Counted from the first letter of the stretch, positions 1 to 10,016 are shown. The stretch is 64,000 nucleotides of DNA from Thermoplasmatota archaeon (GCA_048569615.1 JBLIRK010000002.1:8390-72389), one strand, 5' to 3'. The notes: generated from the sequence alone by a model not told the origin. A program made the numbers and translations.

Positions 1-1764
1 ATCATTTTGTGTCGAACCGATATAAGTTGAATAATTAGGGCAATTAGTAGAAAGGTCAAGGTTCATAACGAAGGGATCGAAACCGCCTGGTTTGGTATTG
101 TCGTAGGCGTTCAATGTAACGGGAAGATCAATAGATTCCGAACTTCCGTAAACAGTCACATTACTGCTGTTCTCGAACCATATCTCCCTCACGGTCTCAA
201 AGTCAGAACCTCCGATGTATGTGGAATATCTCAGGTTTGCTGAAGAGATATTTAGAACTGTCAGAAAGAGGTCAAGGCCCCCTCCGAAGGTCGTATCGAA
301 TGAATTTTCCTCGGTTGGGTAATCCATCGAATCCGTGGTGCCGGCAATACATATCTCATGGTCGTTCAACAGAGAGAGCTCAACTCCAGTATCACTTCCT
401 GCGCCTCCAAGATACGTCCCGTATTTCAATCCCGAGAGGTTCTTCCCGAGCTCTAAGAGAAACGCGTCCCTGTATCCTGCGCGTGAACTCTGATAGGCAT
501 CCCTTGTTTTTGGAAGGCTATCGCTTTCCGTGTATCCTGTTATCCAGAGATCGCCATCTTCATCCATTCTGGTCTTGAACACCTCCCCGTGGTCAGGGTC
601 AAGATAGAATGCCGATATCATCAACGTTGAAAGGGAGGGATCGAATTTGGAATAGAAGTTCACATTGTCCTGGAAGGTAACGCCGTTGAACGATGTCGTT
701 GTGGGGTAGTCATCGGATTGTGTGCTACCGATCGCCACTATGTTCCCGTCAGGATCAATGAACAGCTCCCCGGAATATTCTACAGTGCTACCCCCGAAAT
801 ATGTGGAGATGAGAAGCTGGGAGGCATCAGAGTTGAACTTTGATATGAAATTATCATGAAAGCCGTTGTAACTTGGGGAATATGAACCGGGTGTGGTGGG
901 GAAATTCAAAGAATCCACCATTCCGTAAAGATAGATCTCCCCATTATCATCGAAGGCGAAGGAGGAAGGCCATTCATCCATGGAGCCTCCGAGGAATGTG
1001 GAGAAAATCAGGGGATCGATAACAAGCTCGTGGTCGGGATCATAATCGACATCGTAGGAAACTGTATTTCTATTGACATATATGGATGCAGGTAATTGCT
1101 TTTTCAGACCATTGATATTTTGGTAGACGTAAAATGACCCGTCGATCAAGGTCTTACCTTTAAGTTCTATAAAAAGCTCCTGACCGTTCGTACTTAGGTC
1201 AGCTCCATGGAATACCATCTTGATATCGGTAAGATCGGATCCGGGACGGAGAAGGAATTCGTACTTCAATCCCTCCTCCTTTATCGTGTACTTAAGATCG
1301 ATCCCATCGTAGAGGTTCCTGTAAATAAGTGTGCTGTAGCTCTGAAGACCCGTTACCCAGAGCTCCCTAGGACCAACGAAAAAATTGGAGATCGTACCAG
1401 TCGGCTCGTCCCCGATTGGAACGACGTGTCTGGCTCCTTTGAATTCAACGGAGTAAACTGAGAAGGAAGGAATCGATTCGTCATTAACGCAAATGAATTC
1501 CCTTAAAACAACTCTATCATCCATGAAATAAACGTTCGGTCCTGTGAACAGTATCTCCTCGTTCGTGAGACGGCCCATGTTCGGTACGAAAAACTGCCGA
1601 TCGGGACATCGATCAAGAAAGCCCACCTCTTCTCCATTATTGTTATCCGGAACCAAACGGTTAGAACCTTCTGAGGTTATTTGAAAATACGAAGCTCCAG
1701 AGAACATCAACAGTGCCAATACCATTAGGACCATCGCTCTCACAGTATCACTCCGCGAGAACAT
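1..1764 (-). CDS. secreted beta-propeller (SBBP-type repeat) surface protein; 3' end lies beyond the window start
   Basis: Absent from the ORF track because no stop codon falls inside the window. Manual minus-strand translation from the ATG at 1764 gives the signal peptide MFSRSDTVRAMVLMVLALLMFSGAS, then repeated ~50-aa modules (..DGNIVAIG.T.S.DYPTT.., ..GDLWITGYTESDSLPKT..) typical of SBBP beta-propeller repeats. The frame stays open to position 1. Confidence 0.55.
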   Translation of the reverse strand, partial: MFSRSDTVRAMVLMVLALLMFSGASYFQITSEGSNRLVPDNNNGEEVGFLDRCPDRQFFVPNMGRLTNEEILFTGPNVYFMDDRVVLREFICVNDESIPSFSVYSVEFKGARHVVPIGDEPTGTISNFFVGPRELWVTGLQSYSTLIYRNLYDGIDLKYTIKEEGLKYEFLLRPGSDLTDIKMVFHGADLSTNGQELFIELKGKTLIDGSFYVYQNINGLKKQLPASIYVNRNTVSYDVDYDPDHELVIDPLIFSTFLGGSMDEWPSSFAFDDNGEIYLYGMVDSLNFPTTPGSYSPSYNGFHDNFISKFNSDASQLLISTYFGGSTVEYSGELFIDPDGNIVAIGSTQSDDYPTTTSFNGVTFQDNVNFYSKFDPSLSTLMISAFYLDPDHGEVFKTRMDEDGDLWITGYTESDSLPKTRDAYQSSRAGYRDAFLLELGKNLSGLKYGTYLGGAGSDTGVELSLLNDHEICIAGTTDSMDYPTEENSFDTTFGGGLDLFLTVLNISSANLRYSTYIGGSDFETVREIWFENSSNVTVYGSSESIDLPVTLNAYDNTKPGGFDPFVMNLDLSTNCPNYSTYIGSTQND

Positions 1765-1959
1765 CGTGAATATTGATTATTAATTGAATTGGAACTCTTT
1801 TTTTACTATTATTTAATTTTTTTTATACGATTGAAAGGAGCTGAAAGAACCTTGTGGACATTCATATGAATTCATGATATCCCTATTTTGAGAACTGTCT
1901 TATATCCTTCTATAATTATTAATAGTTAGAAACCCAATATTTCGCAGGAGGAGAGCAAC

Positions 1960-2232
1960 ATGGCGGAAGAAGAAAACCCGTTCCTTATAAAGCCCAAACC
2001 AGCTAATGCCCAAGAGAAAAAGGATGAGCCGAAGATAGAGGAATTCTCCTTCATGGTGGACCCCACGGAAGCCAAGAAGATCCACGACCAGATCGATCCA
2101 CACGGCACCAAGCCGCATTATGAGAAGGCCGGCACTCCCATATGGGACAAGAAGGATGTCAAGGACATCGACAATCCGGACTACGAAGTGGTGGACCACA
2201 CTAAGATGAAGAAAGAGGATGAGGAGACCTAG
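1960..2232 (+). CDS. small acidic, lysine-rich hypothetical protein (90 aa)
   Basis: Isolated ORF in a 500-nt gap. ATG preceded by GGAGG at -9. Low-complexity K/E/D-rich sequence with no recognisable domain. Confidence 0.45.
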   Translation: MAEEENPFLIKPKPANAQEKKDEPKIEEFSFMVDPTEAKKIHDQIDPHGTKPHYEKAGTPIWDKKDVKDIDNPDYEVVDHTKMKKEDEET

Positions 2233-2269
2233 GTATAGCCCCATCCTTCCAGGGATCCCTTGATACCGG

Positions 2270-3505
2270 CTAAGCAAACATCATCCCGGGATTCTCAAGA
2301 TATTCCTTCAGGGTGTTGATGAACCTGGAAACCTCGGCGCCGTCGATTATCCTGTGATCGAAGGATACTGATATCCCCATTATCTTCCTGACCATGATCT
2401 CTCCGTCCACTACCCTGGGGAGCTCTCTTATCTTGCCGATACCGAGGATCGCAGCTTCCGGGAAATTGATGATCGGCACACCGAACAAGCCGCCTATGGC
2501 TCCGAAGTTGGATATGGTGAAGGTCCCTCCCCGAAGCTCGGCCAGGTCTATGGTCCTGTCCTTTGCGATCTTTATCAGCCTCTCCATATCCTTCTGAATT
2601 TCAACAAGCTCCTTTGTCTCAACCCTCTTGACCACAGGGACCATGAGACCGGCTTCCGTATCGGTGGCCACGCCGATATTGTAGTACTCCTTGATGATGA
2701 TCTCCTCGTTCTCCTCGTCCAGTGTGGAATTGAGAGTGGGATGCTTCATCAGGGACTTCTGAACTGCCTTGATGATGAACGGCATGAAGGTGAGCTTCTC
2801 GTCCTTCCCGGCAAGCTCCCTGTTCATTCCCTTCCTGAGGTCCCAGAGTGCAGTCATGTCCACCTCATCCATTGCTGCGGCGTGGGGAGCGGTGAACTTG
2901 GATTCCGTCAATCTGTTCCCGATGACCTCCCTGAGCCCCTTGTAGCTCTCATACCTGATGTGTCCGTAGAAATCGTAGTTCAATTTCACACGGATCGACT
3001 TCTGCTTCTGTGGAGGCCCGGGAGATGGCTCTTCGTTGGATTTGATGTAATTCAACAGGTCCTCCTCCGTTATCCTGCCCCTGGGCCCGGTTCCTTTCAC
3101 ATAGAAAAGGTCAATTCCCTTCTCCTTTGCTAACTTCCTGATCCTGGGGAGAGCGAAGACCTTTCCTCCCGAAGGTGCTCCCTGAGCCTTCCGCTCCTTC
3201 GGAGCCTCATTGACCTCCTCTTTATCGCCGGAGGGAGCCGAAGAAGGTCGTGGAGTATCTTCCTCATCATCGTTTCCTATGGTGACCATTGTCTCGCCCA
3301 CCTTGACCTTTTCCCCCTCCGGGACCAGGATCTTCAAAACGGTCCCGTCGGCGGGAGAGGGCATGTCAACGATCGCCTTGTCCGTCTCGACCTGGGCCAG
3401 CGTCTGGTCTTCCTCAATTGTGTCACCTTCCCTCACTAACCAAGCCTTTATCATTCCCTCGGTGATCCCTTCCCCCACATCGGGGAACTTGAACTCGGTT
3501 ACCAT
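2270..3505 (-). CDS. pdhC: dihydrolipoamide acyltransferase (E2) of a pyruvate / 2-oxoacid dehydrogenase complex
   Basis: N-terminal lipoyl domain (..QVETDKAIVDMPSPADG..), E3-binding region, and C-terminal catalytic domain with the SVSFDHRIIDGA motif. Overlaps the upstream E1-beta gene by 7 nt. Confidence 0.9.
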   Translation of the reverse strand: MVTEFKFPDVGEGITEGMIKAWLVREGDTIEEDQTLAQVETDKAIVDMPSPADGTVLKILVPEGEKVKVGETMVTIGNDDEEDTPRPSSAPSGDKEEVNEAPKERKAQGAPSGGKVFALPRIRKLAKEKGIDLFYVKGTGPRGRITEEDLLNYIKSNEEPSPGPPQKQKSIRVKLNYDFYGHIRYESYKGLREVIGNRLTESKFTAPHAAAMDEVDMTALWDLRKGMNRELAGKDEKLTFMPFIIKAVQKSLMKHPTLNSTLDEENEEIIIKEYYNIGVATDTEAGLMVPVVKRVETKELVEIQKDMERLIKIAKDRTIDLAELRGGTFTISNFGAIGGLFGVPIINFPEAAILGIGKIRELPRVVDGEIMVRKIMGISVSFDHRIIDGAEVSRFINTLKEYLENPGMMFA

Positions 3506-4476
3506 GTAAGCACCTCCCTTACACCTTTCACTATACGGTCGAGGTCCGGCATTGCCCAGTGTTCCATCTTGTAGAAGGGGAATGGGACGTCGAATCCGGT
3601 TACGCGAACCGCCGGAGCCTCCATAGAGTCCAGAACATCCTCCTGGGCCCTGGTTATTATCTCGGAGGCAAATCCCGCTGTTCTGGGAGCTTCCTGGACA
3701 ACAAGCAGCCTTCCGGTCCTCTTCACCGACCAGTTCACAGTCTCCTCATCGTAGGGTGAGATGGTCCTGACATCTATGACCTCCGCATCTATGCCCTTGG
3801 ATTCAACAAGCTCCGCCGCCTTCAGCAATTTCGGCATAATAGAGCCCCACCCCACCATGGTAAGGTCCTTTCCCTTCCTGACAACCTTCGCCTTTCCGAG
3901 CTCAACGGTATATGCATCTTCCGGGACCTCCGTCTTCCCCAGCCTGTACAATCTCTTGGGCTCCAGGAAAACCACGGGATCAGGATCCCTTATGGAGGAG
4001 ATCAGCAGACCCTTGGCATCATATGGAGTGCTGGGTATCACCGTCTTAAGCCCTGGAATGTGCGCCAGGATCGATTCGAAGCTCTCAGCGTGGTGCTCCA
4101 GGGCCCTCACACCTCCGCCGTAAGGAGCCCTTACAACAAGGGGGACAGAGAATCTTCCCTGGGTCCTGTTCCTAAGCCTCGATGCATGGGAGCTGATCTG
4201 ATCAAGAGCCGGCCACATGAAGCCCATGAACTGCATCTCGGCCACGGGTTTCATGCCTGCGAGGGCCATCCCGATAGAAAAACCGACGATGCCCGATTCG
4301 GCAAGAGGGGTATCTATGACCCTATTCTCTCCGAACTTCTCGTAGAGCCCTTCCGTGATCCTGAACACTCCGCCGTTCAGTCCGACATCCTCTCCGAGAA
4401 CTGCAACCTTTTTATCCAGCTCCATCTCGTTGTGCAGAGCGCTGTTTATGGCTTCGGCCATGTTCATCTCCTTCAC
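3499..4476 (-). CDS. pdhB: pyruvate dehydrogenase E1 component beta subunit
   Basis: Transketolase-like C-terminal fold and the conserved N-terminus MKEMNMAEAINSAL..VLGEDVG. GTG start overlaps the pdhA stop (GTGA). Confidence 0.9.
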   Translation of the reverse strand: MKEMNMAEAINSALHNEMELDKKVAVLGEDVGLNGGVFRITEGLYEKFGENRVIDTPLAESGIVGFSIGMALAGMKPVAEMQFMGFMWPALDQISSHASRLRNRTQGRFSVPLVVRAPYGGGVRALEHHAESFESILAHIPGLKTVIPSTPYDAKGLLISSIRDPDPVVFLEPKRLYRLGKTEVPEDAYTVELGKAKVVRKGKDLTMVGWGSIMPKLLKAAELVESKGIDAEVIDVRTISPYDEETVNWSVKRTGRLLVVQEAPRTAGFASEIITRAQEDVLDSMEAPAVRVTGFDVPFPFYKMEHWAMPDLDRIVKGVREVLTW

Positions 4477-5588
4477 GGGAACCCCCCCTGTATCTCGGAG
4501 GCGTCCTCCTCGATCTCCTTTTCCTTCATACTCTTCTTGAGATATTCGAGCTGCTCCAACAGGTTCGGGGGCATCTCACCGAACATGTACTTGAAAAGGT
4601 CCTCGGGTTCGAGGTCGGGGAGGGACTCGGCGTATTTCACGGACTCCTTTATCAGCCCCTTCGCCTTCTCCACTAACCGTTTCTCCCATTCTTCGGTCCA
4701 CAGCCCCTTGCCCTCCAGGAATATCCTGAATCTCTTAAGTGGGTCCTTGTCCTCCCATTCCCTCTGCTCTTCCTCCGTCCTGTATCTCGTCGGATCATCG
4801 GCGGTGGTATGCATAAGCCGTCTGTATGTGAATGCCTCGATGAAGGTTGGTCCGCCTCCTTCCCTTGCGTTATCGAGCGCCTTCTTGGTTGCCATATATA
4901 CGGCAAGGATATCGTTTCCGTCCACATATACGCCGGGGAAGCCGTAGGCTTCCCCTTTCTGGGCTATGGTCCTTGATGCGGTCTGCCTCTTCCGGGAAAC
5001 GCTTATGGCCCACTGGTTGTTCTGAACGAGATAAACAACCGGAGCCTGAAAAACACCTGCGAAGTTCATACCTTCGTGGAAATCACCTTCGGATGTGCCT
5101 CCGTCCCCGAGGAAACAAAGTACGGCGCTCTTTTCGTTGTTAACCTTCTTCGCCCAGGCGAATCCGGCGGCAATGGGGAGCTGGGTAGAGACGGGAACGA
5201 AAATGGGAAAGCTCTTTGTCCCCTCTGGCACCCTGTTTCCCCTTACATCTCCCATGAAGTAGAGCAGGTTGTACTCGAAGGGGAGCTCCTTGATCATATA
5301 TGCGGGGAGCTCCCTGAACGAGGGAAACAACCAGTCTTCCGCTCCCATCGCCAGGGCGCCTCCTACCTGGGCCGCTTCCTGTCCGGTTCCGGGAGCATAG
5401 GTTCCAAGACGTCCCTGCCTCTGGAGCTTGATGGCCTTGTCGTCGGCCATCCTTCCGTAGAGCATCCACCAGTACATGTTCTTCAACGTTTCATCGTCCA
5501 GACCGGGATCCTCTCCGACGAGGTTCCCGTCCTTGTCGATGATCTGATAGAGCTCGCAGTCCTGCGGTAGACATTCTCGCGGGTCCAT
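4473..5588 (-). CDS. pdhA: pyruvate dehydrogenase E1 component alpha subunit
   Basis: TPP-binding E1-alpha motifs (..GDGGTSEGDFHE.., ..YRRLMHTTADDP..). ATG start confirmed at 5588. Confidence 0.9.
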   Translation of the reverse strand: MDPRECLPQDCELYQIIDKDGNLVGEDPGLDDETLKNMYWWMLYGRMADDKAIKLQRQGRLGTYAPGTGQEAAQVGGALAMGAEDWLFPSFRELPAYMIKELPFEYNLLYFMGDVRGNRVPEGTKSFPIFVPVSTQLPIAAGFAWAKKVNNEKSAVLCFLGDGGTSEGDFHEGMNFAGVFQAPVVYLVQNNQWAISVSRKRQTASRTIAQKGEAYGFPGVYVDGNDILAVYMATKKALDNAREGGGPTFIEAFTYRRLMHTTADDPTRYRTEEEQREWEDKDPLKRFRIFLEGKGLWTEEWEKRLVEKAKGLIKESVKYAESLPDLEPEDLFKYMFGEMPPNLLEQLEYLKKSMKEKEIEEDASEIQGGFP

Positions 5589-5628
5589 GCATAGACCTCC
5601 AAAATAGCCGAGGCTGAGAAGCTTCGGC

Positions 5629-5901
5629 TCACTCCTTTAGCGCCCACTCCTTCAGCCTTTCGTATGTCACTTCTCCGCAGAGGAAGGAGTCGTTCTTCTT
5701 GTTGTACATGAAGGGGACGCCGTTGCACCTTCCCCTGGAGTACTTCATCATGAGGTTCTGGTTCTGAGAATTGTGCCAGACCTCGTACCTTGTTATTACC
5801 ACGCCCTCCTCCTCCCTCAGCCTGTTGATGTACATCTCGAGCTGTATACAGGGGGGGCACTCTGCACCGTAAAAGTCCAATAGGTGTGATTCTTCCGCCA
5901 T
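5629..5901 (-). CDS. thioredoxin/glutaredoxin-fold protein with a CPPC active site
   Basis: 90 aa with a CPPC motif in an N-terminal beta-alpha context. Lies 40 nt upstream of pdhA on the same strand. Confidence 0.7.
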   Translation of the reverse strand: MAEESHLLDFYGAECPPCIQLEMYINRLREEEGVVITRYEVWHNSQNQNLMMKYSRGRCNGVPFMYNKKNDSFLCGEVTYERLKEWALKE

Positions 5902-6010
5902 TTTCGTTCACCTGCCTTTATATTGATTTGAGTCGGCCTCAAATTTCTTGGTAAACAACCTATATATTGGTAAGTTATTAAGGTTGCACCTAATATTTCA
6001 TTGACAATCC

Positions 6011-7330
6011 TTAGACCGCATTTCGCCACTCATGGGTGTTCAGTTCTTCGGCAGGAATTATTTTCAGCATCCTGAAGAGGGCCCCTATTGCATGCTGGGT
6101 ATAATCGATGCGTATCCATCTGCTCTGCCATCCCATGTCATCGTTGATCCTGTCAAAGAGGTCGTGCCTGAATCCTCCCAGAACAAGATGGGGAGATTCG
6201 AATTGGTAGGCCTCCTCCGTGTCGTACATGAGATTGCAGATGAATCCTGAGGCATTCAGAAGGACATCCGTGTACCTCTCTATCCTGTCGGTATCATCGA
6301 GCTTCATTGCCACACCCAGGACATCCGTCATTCCCTCGCAGTAGGTGCAGGTGTTCATGGACGGAAATGTCCTGAAGGAACCCCATAGCTCGGGGTATTC
6401 CGAGAGCTTCTCCTGATCGGGATAGGCGGGATTCCCGAAGTAGGAGCCGTAGTGGTACTTCAGCATCCATTCGGTGATATCGAATGCGGCATCGGCATAT
6501 TTCTGCTCCCCCGTCAAGTGGTATCCTTCGGAAAATGCAGACGACATCCATGAATAGTAAGCGGTGCTCATGTTCATGCAGTTCCCGTATGTCAGGAAGT
6601 TCATGTGGTAGGCTGCGGACTTCACATATCCCTCGAGATACTCCTCATCCCCCGTCACCTTGCAGGCAAGGGCCAGACCGAGGAGCGCTTCCCCCGATGC
6701 CATCATGTTCTCATCGAAGGAATCGCCTATCACATACTCGTAGGTGTAATCGAATCTTCCCTCGCTGTCCATGGAATCGAGGCACAGATTGGCAAGCCCC
6801 CGAACCCTGTAAAGGTGATCTTCATCACCTGTGGAATCATAAAGATAGCAGTAACCGATCAATGTGAGGGCGTTGTCGAAGAGGCTGGAGCGCTCACCGT
6901 TTAGTATATACTGGACATCCCCGTTGCGCCTTATCAGGCCTTCGACGTGGGCTGCGGCATCCTCGGCGCACTCCAGATACCTTTCATCGCCTGTATGTTC
7001 ATAGGCCCAGACCAGCGGATATATTGAAGCGCTGTGCCTTGCAAGGGAATACCCATATCGTGTGATCTCCGTGTTGTTGTCCGGATCGAAGATGTAAACA
7101 TAGGAGCCGTCGGTCCTCTGCACCCTTCCGAACCAATGCGCTCCGAGTACGGCTCCCCTTTCGATCGGATTGTCGAATTCCATACCTTCAACCTCACCGA
7201 GGTTGAAATCGTCCTTGAGCGGGGCTTTCTTGTTCCAGAAGGGGTAGACCACCGAGATGAGCAGGGTCATCAGGATGATCAGCACGACCACGCAGGCGGC
7301 AAGCACTATCCTTGCTGAAGTATCCCTCAA
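6011..7330 (-). CDS. membrane-anchored protein with a probable (alpha/alpha)6-barrel (six-hairpin / AGE-like) fold
   Basis: N-terminal TM anchor, then 4-5 repeated helical-hairpin signatures (W/Y..TGDE.YL..A). The track start at 7330 is TTG, and the first internal ATG would truncate the TM helix. Function unknown. Confidence 0.5.
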   Translation of the reverse strand: MRDTSARIVLAACVVVLIILMTLLISVVYPFWNKKAPLKDDFNLGEVEGMEFDNPIERGAVLGAHWFGRVQRTDGSYVYIFDPDNNTEITRYGYSLARHSASIYPLVWAYEHTGDERYLECAEDAAAHVEGLIRRNGDVQYILNGERSSLFDNALTLIGYCYLYDSTGDEDHLYRVRGLANLCLDSMDSEGRFDYTYEYVIGDSFDENMMASGEALLGLALACKVTGDEEYLEGYVKSAAYHMNFLTYGNCMNMSTAYYSWMSSAFSEGYHLTGEQKYADAAFDITEWMLKYHYGSYFGNPAYPDQEKLSEYPELWGSFRTFPSMNTCTYCEGMTDVLGVAMKLDDTDRIERYTDVLLNASGFICNLMYDTEEAYQFESPHLVLGGFRHDLFDRINDDMGWQSRWIRIDYTQHAIGALFRMLKIIPAEELNTHEWRNAV

Positions 7331-7532
7331 GTCGTTCTCCCCGTCAGGGAGATGCAGTCGTGATTATATATTTGATAGCATCGAAGTCCGGACCGTCCTC
7401 TTTCCATGACGGTAATTGAAACATCCTGAAGAGTCCTGGTAGTTCCGAAGCTTGTATCGATGCATCTGGCTTCGATTGTGGCCATACCATGTCAACCTTG
7501 AATTTGGTTTCAATACGATTCTTTCATATTAT

Positions 7533-8474
7533 ATGCAAACGATTTATACCCAGGTCGGGATTGAAGAGGCTGTGAAGGTCCAGAACAAGGCATATATCCT
7601 GGGACTGCTGGCCGTTGTAATATGGTCAACCGTGGCTTCAGTCTTCAAACTGACCCTTGAGCATACGGAACCTGTTTCAATGGTGTTCATAGCTTCGGTG
7701 GTATCCTCCGGAGTTCTTTTCGCAGCACTTGCCGCATCAGGCAAGCTTAGGAAGCTTTCTGCCCTTTCCATCCGAGATATCTGGTCCAATATCTTCCTTG
7801 GAATCCTAAATCCGTTCCTTTACTACATCGTCCTCTTTTCGACATACGACATTCTGAAAGCACAGGAAGCACAGGCTCTCAACTACACATGGCCGATCAT
7901 GCTCACACTGCTTTCCATGATCTTCCTCAAACAGCGAATAACCAGGGTCCAGATAGCTGCCGTTCTGCTATCTTTCATCGGAGTTCTCGTGATCACATCC
8001 AAGGGGAGTTTCTTCATGGGCACATCGATAGCACCGCTCGGTATCTTTCTGGGTCTGCTCTCGGCGGCGATATGGGCATCCTACTGGACCGTGGGGGTCA
8101 GCTCAAAGACCGATCCCATGGCAAGGCTGTTCCTGAACTTCCTATCCGGTTCCGTGGTGATCGGAATACTAGTTCTGATCAGAGGAGGGATACAGATCGA
8201 TGGGATGAAAGGGCTCCTCGGTTCTGCCTACATAGGCATCTTCGAGATGGGGTTGACATTCATCATCTGGATGGGAGCCCTCAAACTATCATCGGACACC
8301 TCAAAGATCTCGAACCTGATCTACCTCAGCCCCTTCATATCCCTAGTTCTCATAAGTATCTTAGTGGGTGAAGACATCCTCCTCACAACGGTCGTGGGAC
8401 TGGTCCTGATCGTTCTCGGGATTATTCTCCAGAGATTTGACGACAGACGGAAGAGCACATCCAGGGCCGGGTAG
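7533..8474 (+). CDS. DMT-superfamily (EamA-like) transporter
   Basis: Ten predicted TM helices in the two EamA half-repeats. The track ORF opens with TTG at 7452; the first ATG is at 7533. The start is ambiguous because a TATA-like element lies just upstream. Confidence 0.7.
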   Translation: MQTIYTQVGIEEAVKVQNKAYILGLLAVVIWSTVASVFKLTLEHTEPVSMVFIASVVSSGVLFAALAASGKLRKLSALSIRDIWSNIFLGILNPFLYYIVLFSTYDILKAQEAQALNYTWPIMLTLLSMIFLKQRITRVQIAAVLLSFIGVLVITSKGSFFMGTSIAPLGIFLGLLSAAIWASYWTVGVSSKTDPMARLFLNFLSGSVVIGILVLIRGGIQIDGMKGLLGSAYIGIFEMGLTFIIWMGALKLSSDTSKISNLIYLSPFISLVLISILVGEDILLTTVVGLVLIVLGIILQRFDDRRKSTSRAG

Positions 8475-8728
8475 AATTAGCCAAGGCCCCCCATCCCTGA
8501 ATTCGAGGGACAGGGTGAAGTTTCAATGTTGAACCGAAATTTATTAAAAAGGACCGGATCGCTCCTTTATCAGCAAGAAAATGACACGGCAAGGGATCTA
8601 TGATTTTTGCCTCCACGCCCTAACAATCCTTCCTTCTTGCTCTATCCCTTGCCACTTTTTTCCTTTTTCTTCCTTCCCAATGGAAATATATATCTATCTA
8701 ATCAAATATTTTCAAATTGAGGTCTCTA

Positions 8729-9178
8729 ATGTCCAGAATACAGGAATATATGGACCTCCAAGCCCGGAAAGAAGACCTTGTTTCGGATATTGAAATGATA
8801 TCCAGTAATTTCGATTGGTTCATTTTGAAGAGCGATCGAGGGTCCATAATAATGAGAGAGAAGGACAGGTTCGACCATTTCAATCCGGTCGAGGTGAACA
8901 TCAGGCTGATGGATTCTGATAACGGAACGAGATTGTTCATCTCATGCTCCAATTCCGGGTACGGCCCGGTGCAGGACAATTATGTCAGGGACCAGTATCA
9001 GAGGCTCCTCAGCGCGATAAGCATTGCCTCGCGGAAGCACAGGGATGCTTATCTGATGGAAAACGAAATGGAGCCGTCCATAGTCGAACAGTTGAAGAAA
9101 CTTGCCCAGCTCCACGACAGGGGCGAGCTCACCGATGAGGAGTTCAAACTGGCCAAGGAAAAGGTCCTGAACAGCTAG
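8729..9178 (+). CDS. hypothetical protein with a C-terminal SHOCT domain
   Basis: C-terminal ..LKKLAQLHDRGELTDEEFKLAKEKVL.. matches the SHOCT short C-terminal domain. The N-terminal 100 aa are unknown. Track start 8717 is TTG; the ATG is at 8729. Confidence 0.55.
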   Translation: MSRIQEYMDLQARKEDLVSDIEMISSNFDWFILKSDRGSIIMREKDRFDHFNPVEVNIRLMDSDNGTRLFISCSNSGYGPVQDNYVRDQYQRLLSAISIASRKHRDAYLMENEMEPSIVEQLKKLAQLHDRGELTDEEFKLAKEKVLNS

Positions 9179-9465
9179 CAGGGTTCAGTCCTGTCAACTC
9201 CGTATCTCTCCTTTATCTCGTTCAGCCAATCAAGCCATCTCTGCTTCCTTATCCCTATGAGCTTGACTGCTCCAAGCCTCTCGACCTCCTGGCCGTCCAG
9301 GTAGGCGACCACCGTGGGAACGAAATCCAATCGGTGCTCGATCCATAGGCGGGAGGCGTGGTCGGGGATTACAACGACCTTTCCATCGGGAATGTGCTTG
9401 AAGAACAGCCTCTCGAAGTGCTTGCAGAATGGGCATGAAGGCTGCTGGTAAAGGACGAACTCCAT
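9175..9465 (-). CDS. thioredoxin-fold protein with a CPFC motif
   Basis: 96 aa with CPFC near the N-terminus. ATG confirmed at 9465. Confidence 0.6.
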   Translation of the reverse strand: MEFVLYQQPSCPFCKHFERLFFKHIPDGKVVVIPDHASRLWIEHRLDFVPTVVAYLDGQEVERLGAVKLIGIRKQRWLDWLNEIKERYGVDRTEPC

Positions 9466-9519
9466 GGTTTCTCGGAAAAATGGATTGTATTAAAGGTTTG
9501 TGCAGAAAAAATGAATTGG

Positions 9520-9603
9520 TGCAGGGGAAGGGATTCGAACCCTCGGACCACTAAGGACTGGACCCTGAATCCAGCGCCGTTAACCAGGCTGAGCTACCCC
9601 TGC
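9520..9603 (-). tRNA. tRNA-Leu (anticodon CAG), class II with a long variable arm; CCA encoded (9517..9519)
   Basis: Reverse complement GCAGGGGTAGCTCAGCCTGGTTAACGGCGCTGGATTCAGGGTCCAGTCCTTAGTGGTCCGAGGGTTCGAATCCCTTCCCCTGCACCA. It has a perfect 7-bp acceptor stem, a 5-bp anticodon stem around the loop TTCAGGG (U33, anticodon CAG, G37), T-arm GAGGG/TTCGAAT/CCCTT, a 14-nt variable region and discriminator A73. Confidence 0.85.
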
Positions 9604-9774
9604 GTTAAAAGTATGGGTCCAGTTCACCTATTACCCACGGTCATAAAACAACCGGTATAAAAAACCAACCTAATCATGCCATCATCAGGAACGAAGAATT
9701 AACTTCGGATATTGGAAGGACGAAGAAACGATTATAATCCATCTTACGGATACAATGGGCAGAGGTTGAAAGAA

Positions 9775-10005
9775 ATGACAGAATTCGACGATAAGGAGAT
9801 CGCCATACTGAAACTGGATGAGATAACCGCGGATATTGTGAAATCGTACCTCGAATATTCGAGAACCTTGATCACAATGGTGATAGAGAAACAGAGCTAT
9901 TCCACACCATTCAAAGACCTCAACGATGATCTGGTTATCACCCCCGACGAGTTGATCAACCTCATCGACAGGATCCAAAAATCCCTGGTCTCTGTGAAAG
10001 ATTGA
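9775..10005 (+). CDS. small hypothetical protein
   Basis: 76 aa from the ATG at 9775 (the track ORF starts at 9712). GAGGT lies 8 nt upstream. No recognisable domain. Confidence 0.35.
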   Translation: MTEFDDKEIAILKLDEITADIVKSYLEYSRTLITMVIEKQSYSTPFKDLNDDLVITPDELINLIDRIQKSLVSVKD

Positions 10006-10016
10006 TCAACATTGTT

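Noticed and set aside
4060-4947. 295-aa plus-strand ORF spanning the pdhB/pdhA junction
   Set aside because: Antisense to two clearly homologous, tightly coupled PDH genes. No support.
8475-8716. 240-nt intergenic region with a ~60-nt pyrimidine (CT)-rich tract as a possible small RNA
   Set aside because: No convincing secondary structure or conserved RNA family signature. More simply explained as the promoter/5' region of the SHOCT-domain gene plus a spacer.
9466-9711. tRNA-Leu as an integration hotspot / flanking mobile element
   Set aside because: No integrase, transposase, direct repeat of the tRNA 3' end or compositional break within several kb on either side. Neighbours are small housekeeping-like genes.
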